A DNA stretch of 64,000 nucleotides from positions 94,681,741 to 94,745,740 of the forward strand of contig CM041465.1 of assembly GCA_023213395.1 (NCBI GenBank), written 5' to 3'. Source of the DNA: Cycas panzhihuaensis (Eukaryota; Plantae; Cycadophyta). A program made the position numbers and the translations under genes. This document shows positions 53,701 through 64,000 of the stretch, piece after piece. Numbering within the stretch: the stretch's first letter is position 1; each line of letters begins with the position of its first letter. A model generated the notes under the pieces. It was not told the DNA's origin. It did not search any database and saw only the letters and a list, made by a program, of their open reading frames with translations.

Positions 53701-54702
53701 CTTGATTCTAATGCTACCAATGCCCACTATCTTACAAGAAACTTCATTTCCCATAAGCACATCACCACCATCAAGAGGTTGGTATGATGAGAACCAACTC
53801 TTGTGTGGACACATGTGGTGAGAAGCACCTAAATCTAATAACCAGTCACGGTGATAATGAGAAACATTATAAGTGACCAAGACATCATCATCCATACCTT
53901 GATTTGAGTCCACCTGATTCGCCTCCTTAGCAAGATCTTCCTTTTTTTGAAACTCCTTCCTTTTGTAATAATCCTTCTTGAGGTGACTGGTCTTATTACA
54001 ATGCCAATACTTGAGCTTACTCTTTTTGCTCTTTGACTTGGACCTCGATGTATCCCTAGAGTTTTGTCCTCTCTCAAATGTTCTACCCCTTATTGTCATG
54101 GCTTCTAGTGTGGAGGTTTCAAAACTAGATTTCTACTGCACTTCTTCCATTAGCAAAGCACTCATAACAGAATCATAGTCCAATACATCTATAGTGCTAA
54201 AACTAATTGAGGTGACAATATTATCCCAGGATTCAGGTAATGAGCATAACAAGGTAATAATCTTGTCCTCATCTTCAATTTTAACATCGATACTAGTCAA
54301 CTAACAAATAAGAGTATTGAAAATATTTAAATGGTCAGCAATTTTTATACCTTCCTTCATCCATAATGAGTACAGTTGCCTCTTCAGGTAGATTCAATTC
54401 ATTACTGATTTGGTCATATACAAGCCTTCCAACCAGGTCTATAATCCTACTACTGTCTCTTCCCCTGTAATGTTAAACATGACTTTATTTACCAAGTATA
54501 ATTGTATTGTGCTAAGTATCTTTTTATCTAAATCCTGCCAATCATCATCATCTATCCCTATGGGTTTCTTCAATTTACCTACAAGGGCTTTATACAAGCC
54601 ATGCTGTACAAGAATATCATGCGCTTTTAGCTTCCACAACTCGAAGTTGTTCTTGTCATTGAATTTCTCCACCTCAAACTTTGCACCTGCTAGTTTCGCC
54701 AT
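50782..54702 (-). pseudogene. B2 gag-pol polyprotein (disrupted)
   Basis: ORFs 54439-54702 (MAKLAGAKFEVEKFN), 52975-54099 (knuckle, WLLDLGASHHM, LWHQRLGH, integrase), 52039-52353 and 51659-52189 (RT). Confidence 0.95.
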
Positions 54703-54773
54703 TTTGGTATAGAAAAGTTGACACCAAAATCTTCATAGACTTGCTGCAAAACAAAAGTGGCTCTGATACCACT

Positions 54774-55418
54774 TGTTAAGAATACAAGGTCCTAAACTTT
54801 AAACCATCACAAGATCTGAACTATTTTACAACTAGTTACAGGAATCGAAACTAAGATTTAACATGCAAGTTCTAAAATTAGAGATAATACAATAACATCA
54901 ATATACAAGCTAAACATCACATATGCACCTGATATAATGTGGTAAAACCCTAGCAGTATGCTAGGGAAACATCCACACAAGAAAGGTATTAAGATTTATT
55001 ACTATAGAATGGAGAAATAGTACATCTTAGTAGTAGAGTGCTCTTAAGAACAACAACTAGCCACCGCCCTCTTCACAGTATATTACATTACATACAACAT
55101 AATAAGAAAACCCCTAAAATGGGCTACATGAGAGGGACATCCAAGGCATGAATCTCAACTGTAGAATCTAGGGTATTTGTATCAAACCACCCTGATTCTC
55201 TTTACATTTTAATAAGGTTTACAGGGCTAATATTTTGGGTCAGGGGCTATCGCCTCTGAACCCCTTCTTAACGGAGGGCGTTCCATGTCCCCCACATGCC
55301 TCGACCAAGGGGGGCTCCCACCCCCCTTAGAACCCCCTGAGAAAGATTAGGGGGGGAAACCACACCGAAAACGTGCTAAAATTTTAGCCCCAAAATATTG
55401 TTGTCACAATACCCAACA
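54774..55418 (-). repeat. 5' LTR of B2
   Basis: Adjacent to the tRNA-iMet PBS. Confidence 0.95.
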
Positions 55419-56820
55419 CAATTGGTACTAAATGGGTTTACGAAATGAAATTCTAGTCAGATAGCTCTATTAATAAGGATAAAGCAAGGCTAGTAGCTAA
55501 AGGATATGCTTAAATCAAAGGAATTAACTACAATGAAACATTTGCTCCTATAGCTAAAATGGAAATTATACATCTCATATTGAGTCTTATAGCATAAAAA
55601 GGATGGACTGTCTAATAAATAGATGTTAAAAATACCTTCTTAAATAGATACATAGAATAGGAGGTCTATGTCCAACATCCTAAAGGATTTGAAGTCAAGG
55701 GGGAGGAAAATAAGGTATATAAACTCAAGAAGGCCTTGTATGGACTAAAACAAGCACTTAGAGCTTGGTACTCTAGGATAGACAAATATTTTAAAGATAA
55801 AGAGTTTAAAAGAAGTCAATAAGATCCTAACTTATATATAAAGATTAAAGGACACTTAATACTTATTGTGGGACTATATGTTAATGATCTAGTCTAAATT
55901 GGAAATGATTCTCAATTATCACAAAAGTTCAAAGATGACATATGTAAAGAATTTGAGATGACTGACTTAGGTCTCATGAATTACTTATTAGGTTTGGAAA
56001 TATGTCAAGACAAGAATGGAATTTTTATATCTCAAAGGAAATATACCCTTTCTTTACTTTAAAAGTTCAAGATGAATGATTGCAAGGCATTGGCTATACC
56101 AATAAAAATTAGAATAAAATTATCCAAGTTCAATGATTCTACATCAATTGATCCTATACTCTATAGGTAGCTAATTGGTAGTTTAATCTACCTAACATCA
56201 ACTTGTCCTGATATCCTACATTCAATAAGTGTGGCATCCAGGTTTATGCAAGAACCTAAGACATCACATTAGCAAGAAGTAAAGTAAATACTCTAATACT
56301 TAAAAGGAACAATTAGTTATAGGTTACATTACAAGTCCTTGACAAATTTTAGATTGATAGGCTACACAGATTTAGACTATACAAGTTGTGTTGATGACAA
56401 GAAATCTACATCTGGTTGTACTTTTAGTATGGGATCAATATTAGTTTCTTGGAGTACCAAGAAGTAAAACATGATATCTTTATCTACTACAGAAGTATAA
56501 TACAAAGCAATAGTAGTAGGAGCATGTGAAATAGTTTGTCTATGTTAATTACTCTAAGACCTACAAATAAAATAGGATGGACCTACAGATATAATGTGTG
56601 ATAATAAAAGTACAATTTAAAAGATATGTAATCTAGTGTTTCATGGGTAAATAAAACATATTAAAACACAACATCACTCTATCAGGGAATTGGTATAAGC
56701 TAGTAAGATTGAATTAGTTTATTGTAGCACATATGAATAGGTGACATATATCTTTACTAAGGCTCTTAGAAAAATTAAGTTTCACAAATTTAGAAAGAAG
56801 CTTGGAGTTTTCCCTAATTA
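55419..56820 (+). pseudogene. A2 RT and RNase H (continuation)
   Basis: IGTKWVY...KARLVAKGYA...DVKNTFLN...[16 protein letters not shown]; CDNKSTI. Confidence 0.92.
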
Positions 56821-56837
56821 ACATTATGGGGGAGATA

Positions 56838-57125
56838 TATTGGATAATATTCATTAATTGGGATTCTAAAAAATATGTCAACATTGGATGGTGTGGAGCT
56901 AACTCTAGCCATCCTACCTAACCCACCCACCTATTTTTTAATGGTGTTTTCTAACACTAGTGTTAATAGATATTAGGTAAGTCTAATGTCCTAACTATTT
57001 AAACATGCCTCATGGCCCAAAGGTGTTTCTCACCACTACCACTATTTTGGAAATTTGTTAATGTTATTAAGTTTATCTTCGATGGCCTTGTAATAAATTA
57101 TTCTACTTAGTCCTCATTACCATCA
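56838..57125 (+). repeat. 3' LTR of A2
   Basis: Follows the PPT; same length as the 5' LTR. Confidence 0.92.
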
Positions 57126-59569
57126 AGTGAGAAGTGATAGCTATTATGATAATTATCAATAACTATTAAAGAACAAATAGGAATTGATGAGATATGATAT
57201 AACATAAATATCTAAAGCCATAATTCAATACTATAAAGGATCATCAAAACTAAATCTAAAACTTTGAAAAAAGGGAGTGCTAGCCAATGCTAATTATTAA
57301 GCTAACTAATGTTGAAAGTTTAGAATAATGATTGACTAATGCTGCTTGAATGTAATAAATCCATATGTGTCAACTTATAAAATGTTGTGTAATTGGGATA
57401 GCACAAGATATAACTACTATTAAATGTACCTCAATAAATAAACATCTAGAGGAGAAATATGCTATGGTAAAAACAAGAAGCATCCAAGAGGGTAGTAAAA
57501 GCTAAAATAAGGAATATAAGGAATCATTCAAACTTGAACTACTATTCCATATGTATTCATCATATATACTGCTAAAAGATGTTGGTGAAGAAGAAGCAAA
57601 AAAATAAGACTCAAATATTAAAACCCAAACACTTAATTAAATGTAGTGTAAAAACCCATATGCTAAAAGAGCATGACAACCAATTAACTATTACAACATA
57701 ACCTAGATCTATGCTAGTGAATCGTAATAGAAATAATTGATGGCTTCTCCCTATAACACTTAGAGACTAGGGATCTAAAGATATGTTAGAAAATAAGATG
57801 ACCAAAGTCATAATAGTAATAACAAGAAAGTGATCATTTATTATCAAATTAAAATGAACATAATAAAGATACAAAAGAAAACATCTCTAAAAAAGGAACA
57901 ATGTAATGGTTTATCATAACTAAAAACACATGAACCATACTATCTTGAAGATTTCAACTAAAAAGCTAAACAAAAATACTACTAGGACTGTATATAGAAG
58001 TAAACAATCAACTCCATAATAATGTCTAAAATTTGATCCATGTTGAAAGAAACTGGGAAAAAATAGAAAAAGCATTTACTCAACCATAAATTATTATTGT
58101 AAAGGTGACCAAAAAGGTCAATGGTGAAGAATTTAAGAGATTCCCAAGGGAGTGGGCTAAGAATAAGGCTTGACTGGATATAAATATGAGTAGTCCCTAA
58201 CCCAAGAACTAAAGTGATGTAGACTCAATAACTAGATAGATAATGGGAGTCTCTCAAGGTTAACTTAATGACATCATGACCCCTTCAATGATGAGTTGTT
58301 TGACTCAATATAATCTAGGGATGGGTTCAAGGAAGGAAGTTGGCTCTAAAACTTGGTATTCTATTTAAAGTGATGACTTAAATGACTCAATAAGACTATA
58401 CAATATGACTCAAATGACTCAGACATAAGAATCAAACAAATAAGTAGGGAAGTTAGGTGGAAGAGAATATGAGAGTTAATGGCAATCCTAATAAAGTTTT
58501 ATAAAAGGCTAACTCAAATAATTGAATAATTAGAAGCATAAGGGGTACTATCATTTTACCCAAACTTATGTAAATCCCAATTTGAATTTTTAGAAGGAGA
58601 TTTAGGGTAAGAATAGGATAATACATGCAAAATAAACATTATATTCCTAGGTGAATACCTAAGAAATAAGAATAAAAAATACTTTTTTTATATATAGGAG
58701 AGGTGAAATAAGCTCCTCTAGGCCAACTAGTTTAATAGTATCTATTAGACTTTATGATGATGAACAACATGTATCTAAGGGAGAGAGTCTGAGCATATGA
58801 AGGATTTAGGTTTCATACTCAACATTATTTATAGATAAGATAACTTAATGTAGACTAACTTAACATAAAATATGGCTATAGAGGTTGGAGGTTTGTGTAT
58901 AGAAAACTCAACCTAAGTAAAAATAAGATGGAGGCAACTAAACATAATAAATCCTAATGAAATAAAGATAGGGAAAGTTATTCCCAATGAGATAAATCAA
59001 TGAACCTAAATTTTCTAATAAAGAAGTGCTAACATCTAATAGTCTTTGATAATCTTTAATAGATATAAAGCCTCCAACTTATTATCTCATAATTTACTCA
59101 TGAGATATATAATAAGTGTTGATATCTCTACTCTCCTAAAAATATAAGTAGCCCCTTATGACAATAACTAATATGACCATTTTCACACTGATTGTATAGA
59201 TCCTATGGACCTATAATGCCTAAAATTTATGTGGAGAACTTAGAAAGGATGAAATTAAGAAATTTCACACCTACAATTAGTCAATAAGTAGTGGTTTAGG
59301 CAACACAAAAGGTAGTGAGTTCTCCATAAAAGTGGTTGACCAATCCTCATGAATTTGGTATAATTCATGAGGGAGAGTGGCTCTAAGTCCTGGGGATTCT
59401 TTAACTCAACTCTTTTATGGTTCAATAGAGGGAAAGAATTATAGGGTTATGTTCTTATAGTAGGATCCATCAGTCTCCAAAAGGAAAAATAAGTAAACTA
59501 AATAAAAAGAAAATCACATAAAAACTACTATGTATACTAACTTATTAAGCATAAGTCTACCAATGGGTA

Positions 59570-59971
59570 TTAAGTATTATATTTATCAAGCAGTCTACTT
59601 TGCAATTCTATAAGTGTGAGATATGCATGATAGCCAAAAATAAAAAAATAAAGAGTCAAATAACAAATATAACATAGAGCAAAATCTGAAGCAAGGTTAT
59701 ACATAATACAATTACCAATAACTTGGCTAACTAACAACTACAAATTAGAGTAGAGGGCAACGTGGTCAACATATAATGAAATGACAGATCATAAGGTAGA
59801 AATAATAGCTTTAAGCTTAGCCAAGTTGTTAGTAGTATGATCCAAAAATCTATGGGTGACTTTGAAGAGATCTTTATTAGAGTCTCAGATAATCTAGGTA
59901 GTTATAAATGGACATGGATTTCCTCAAGATGTACCATCAACATGAATGGTCCAAGGCTAAATGGAAAACAT
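59570..59971 (-). pseudogene. Second free-standing RNase H (aRH-like) relic
   Basis: MFSI*PWTIHVDGTS*GNPCPFITT*II*DSNKDLFKVTHRFLDHTTNNLAKLKAIISTL*...VALYSNL*LLVSQVIG...HISHL*NCKVDCL. Missing from the ORF track because of stops. Confidence 0.8.
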
Positions 59972-61418
59972 GATGGTGATAAAGTAATCAAATATAGGAG
60001 ATAAAGTAATAAACATTATATGTGCCAATGTACGTAAATATAAGAGAATCGATGCTAATTAGGATAATATTTAGTAAAACTAGGGTTAAACTCTTTTGTA
60101 GAAAAAATGGTAAATCTTAGTGTAAGGTAGAGCATTATGTGTAAGGAATATCCCAAACTTGAGAAATAAAAGTAAAGGATGTAAATATCCCATCAGGCTC
60201 TAACCCATGAAAAATTAGGTAAAACTACATAGACAACATATACATCATAGAAGTAGGATCTAAACATCCATTTACTACTAAAAAGCATGAAGTGGGATCA
60301 GTGATACTTAGGGTAAATTGATTTTAAAATGATAACAAAAGTTTGTTAAGGGAGAAAACCTCTATACCTACAAGAGAACATAGAGGACTTAATATAAAAA
60401 TAATTTCTTAAAAAAAAACAAATTTTATTTTGAATTTTTAAAATATTTTATATGACTTTTTAAAAATATATTTTGACAAACAAACAAATAATAAAAAACT
60501 TTACCTATAGTTTGTAAATACAAACCAAAGACAATGATGATAACACATATGTCAAGTAGGTGAAACAAAATTGTCTATTAAAAAAAAACCTAAAAGGAAA
60601 CTAAAATAATGCCAACAACTATTTACATTTGAGGAATCCTATTCATGAGGTAATTTGGATTAAGAGGATAGGACCAACTTGAAGTACACCAAGTTTTTTA
60701 AGTTTGACATTTTATTATTTTTATAAAATTTTTTTTCTTTTTTATAATTTTAAATATAAAATATTTTACATCAATAAATGGAAGTGAATACAATTGATCA
60801 TGAATGACTGAGTTAGAATCTACTGTTATCCATAATGATGTATGAAAGCATAGAGGAATAATAAGTAAACATATAAGAAAAGTTGCTAAAATATAACAAT
60901 GAACAGAATAAGTAGAAGCATAAAGGTAGCTTCCACCCCCAAACTAGTCAAAGTAACAAAAGTAGGATCAACAAAAGAAAACTCATTGTCATGAAAGTTA
61001 ATTGAGTTAAAAAAATAATATAAAGGTTAATTATAGATAGACTCAACATAGTATGGAAAATCTTTAAGAAATATCATTGCATTACTTTCAAAACTAGGTT
61101 GATCAACAACCTGACAAATAGGAGAATTGATCAAAAAGTTTAAAGCATTATAAAAGGAATCTAAATCTAAGATAAGCAAAAAAGATTAAATATCTAATTT
61201 AATAATCTAAAAAATTAATGAAATGGGAGAGGCTTAAGACAAAAAGGATGAATGCAAATCCTTTTCATTAACCAAAAAGGTGACAAAAGTGACTCATGGG
61301 TAAGATTTGATTGAGAATCACATAAATTTTTTGAATCCAAGCTAATAGAAATGATTGAAGCATTCATGGATTTAAAATTATATAAATGAATAAGTACACA
61401 ATCTTTCTTATCACTTAT

Positions 61419-62442
61419 TGTGAGCACTTTTCAAAGTTATAACATGCTAGAAAACCTTAAATAAGACATTTAATCCAATAAAAAACTAAATGTGTATGAT
61501 AGTAGTTTCAACTCCCAATCTAAATTCAATGCTTTTAATAATGGTAAAGCCTATATTTTAGTCTCTTTATAATGCCCTTCTCTTCATTTGGTAATTACTT
61601 GGAGGATTTCTTGGCCTCTTCTATAAATTTCTCATGCAAAGCAAAAGTTTAACCTTCAAGCCTTATCTACGATATAGGTTCTCCACTTGCATAATAAGTT
61701 GAGATTTCTTTTCTTGGACTATTTTGTCTCTTGATGAATCTACTTCTTCTACCAATCATTGTCTTTTATGGTTGCTTTTCACCACTGATATGCCATCCAT
61801 AATGTATGATTGTGTAAACTCAAAGGATGTCCATTACTCCAACCATGGTTTTAACATTGATATTTAAACCTCATCAATTCAAATGTTCACTACATAAATG
61901 TTAATAAAATAATATGAGATGAACATTCTAGATTAGTTACTTTTGAATGTACCTTCTCATTTCTTCAAATGTTATGATCCCTAAGACTAGAGCCATCACC
62001 TTTATGTGTATCAACCTTTATTTTAATTTCTAGGGTTTACACATAAAAACAAGTAAGAGAAAATGAAGAAGAAAAAAAATCTCAACTAAGATAAAGAATA
62101 TATATATATCTATATATATATAATTAAAGTCCATCATCTAATGCATCTTAAAATATAGAGTGATGACCCATTTTTCATTAATCATCAATTGAATAAATAC
62201 AATGGTGAGAAAGGGAAGTTGGTTATCTTAATTAGTTGAAAAGAAGATTAGACAAATCCATTGAAATTATACTTCATCAAAACTAAGTATAAGGCCTCCC
62301 CTTAAAAGTTATTATGAACCATAAAATAAATACATAAAAAATAAGAAAAATCACCCCATTATAATTAGGAGGTGAACATAGACTTAGTCCATAACATGTA
62401 TGTAATCACCACTACATAACCAAAATAGTTACTATGCTAATA
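61419..62442 (-). repeat. ~1-kb direct repeat, copy 2; putative 5' LTR of E or an independent solo LTR
   Basis: Aligns with 43577-44595 (about 15% different in the best-conserved block); no clear PBS or TSD. Confidence 0.65.
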
Positions 62443-63976
62443 TGTGTTGATAGTTAAGTGGACCTCATTTGTCCTATTGAGAGTGGTAACCTTTTCATTT
62501 TGACCTCTTATAGCTTGTGATTTGTTGGAGTTAGATGCGAGCACTACCAAGCTAACTTACACTTGATGTCATATTATTTACTGGTATTAATGAATCCCTA
62601 CTATCTTAACCATGATTGGATACATCCTATAGTCCTAAGTCCTTTAAGCCTATCACTCAAGTTAGTTCCTTCCCTATTTCTTAAATCAAGTCCATCATTT
62701 AGGTTCTTTTAGGAGTTATGTTAGGATAAGTCAATCTTGCTTGGGTGGATTAGCTATGTTAGGATAGACATATAGAATCAATTGTGTTTAGGGTGCAAGC
62801 ACTCTGACGACACCCTCACACTTTGAGGGCCCTTTTTATTATGTGTTATTTGGTCTTTCTAAGGGCATATACTGATAGTTAGATTGATTTCATCTTTAGG
62901 TTTTCAATTAGCTAGTAGTTCATCCTTTAATCCATTTTTGCGCATGTTTACTTTTTCATATATTTGTTTACATTACTTGTTTGATTAGTTAATGATTCTT
63001 TATTTTTTTAAAGGTTATTTCCCCCTCTTTTCCTTTTGGCATACTATACACATCTACATGTTGCCCCTTTACTTAGAATTTAGTTGTATTTTATCCTTGC
63101 ACATATATCCACAAGATGCATGGGTGCCCCATAAGAGGCATTAGCTTATCCCCTTATTGACATAGATCCCCCTCATCCTTTGGGTCCACCAATTAGATTT
63201 CATTAATTATCCTCCCCTCATGTGCCCCACTCTCTAATCCTTATGGGGTATATTAACCTCATTATTAATGAATATTAGTATGGCATAAAAGGAAAAACCT
63301 CATTATAATAAGAGTCAATGGTATGATACATTCATGATTACTAGACATGTGGAGTATGGTATGGAACATGTAGGTTATTATGAGAAATAGTCTTAGAAGA
63401 TTAATTTAGTAGTGAACCATATGTGGTATGAAATTTTTTATTAAGTGTTAAAAGATGAATAATGCATAGGAAACTAAATATTATAGTAGCTTTTATTTAT
63501 ATGCTAGTATCTAATGAAATGTTTTAGAGAAATTTAGGATTAAGTGTAGAGTGACTATATTAGTATTATATCATTCATATTATGTGGTCTAGCTTAGGAA
63601 AAGTTTTCTTCTCAGAAACTTGAATGGTTGTGCAGTGAATTTATTTGATCAATCTAGTTAGTTTCCCCTTATCACATTGCTTAAGAGTTAATTTATTAGT
63701 ATTTAAATTGCTTCAAATCATCATATATGCTGATTAAAAATACTATATTCTATTATTAGAAGTAATTTAGAATTTTCATTAGAAATAATTGCAAAGCATC
63801 TCTATCTACTTAAACTTGCTATATCTACTATATAACCATTCTAATGTGTATGTATTATTCTAATTGAACTTTCATAGTTTAAGTTAGGATAATAGGTGTT
63901 AGATTTTGTTAGTTAACTTAGGTGAGTTCTAGTAAATAGGGGTTGTAGTTTTAAGAACCCTAGGTGAGACTAGATA
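62443..63976 (+). repeat. Probable 5' LTR of an element continuing past the window (start uncertain)
   Basis: Non-coding, followed by a PBS. Confidence 0.45.
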
Positions 63977-63978
63977 GG

Positions 63979-63990
63979 TGGTATTAGAGC
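63979..63990 (+). promoter_or_regulatory. PBS (tRNA-iMet)
   Basis: tggtattagagc, one mismatch to tggtatcagagc. Confidence 0.7.
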
Positions 63991-64000
63991 TTAGCAAAAG

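Larger units (their letters stand above)
50104..55418 (-). mobile_element. Full-length Ty1/copia B2 (Tork/Tnt1-like)
   Basis: LTRs 50104-50733 and 54774-55418; TSD taatt/caatt; PBS ggctctgatacca 54759-54771; PPT 50734-50744. Confidence 0.96.
44757..57125 (+). mobile_element. Full-length Ty1/copia A2 (family A) interrupted by B2
   Basis: 288-bp LTRs 44757-45044 and 56838-57125; PBS tttagtatcaaagcc 45045-45059; PPT atgggggagata 56826-56837; TSD agaga/agtga (4 of 5). Confidence 0.93.

Overview
AT-rich, CpG-depleted plant intergenic DNA made almost entirely of nested, decayed LTR retrotransposons. No intact host gene was found. A gymnosperm-type host is inferred from the Tat architecture and is not proven. 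Contents from left to right: the 3' end of a chromovirus; a Tat RNase H fragment; an LTR+PBS; a TSD-flanked copia (A0, 3138-6677) with an internal deletion and an inverted U5/PBS; an intronless FKBP12 retro-pseudogene (7145-7420); an in-frame chimera of two copia families. Next is a four-level nest: old Tat integrase <- copia A1 (minus, split 12651-16582 / 40580-41077) <- Tat-type Ty3/gypsy C (16583-40579, ~3.2-kb LTRs) <- Reina-like chromovirus D (34225-40271). A three-level nest follows: ~1-kb-repeat-bounded relic E <- copia A2 (44757-57125) <- Tork/Tnt1-like copia B2 (50104-55418). The most notable items are: a head-to-head 3' module in C (spliced antisense ORF plus a free-standing RNase H); a second stand-alone RNase H ORF in a region with no room for gag-pol; a hairpin-motif array after a Tat integrase; and a Q/N/Y-rich Gag insert in copia family A. 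All alignments and translations were done by eye, so boundaries without TSD support are approximate.
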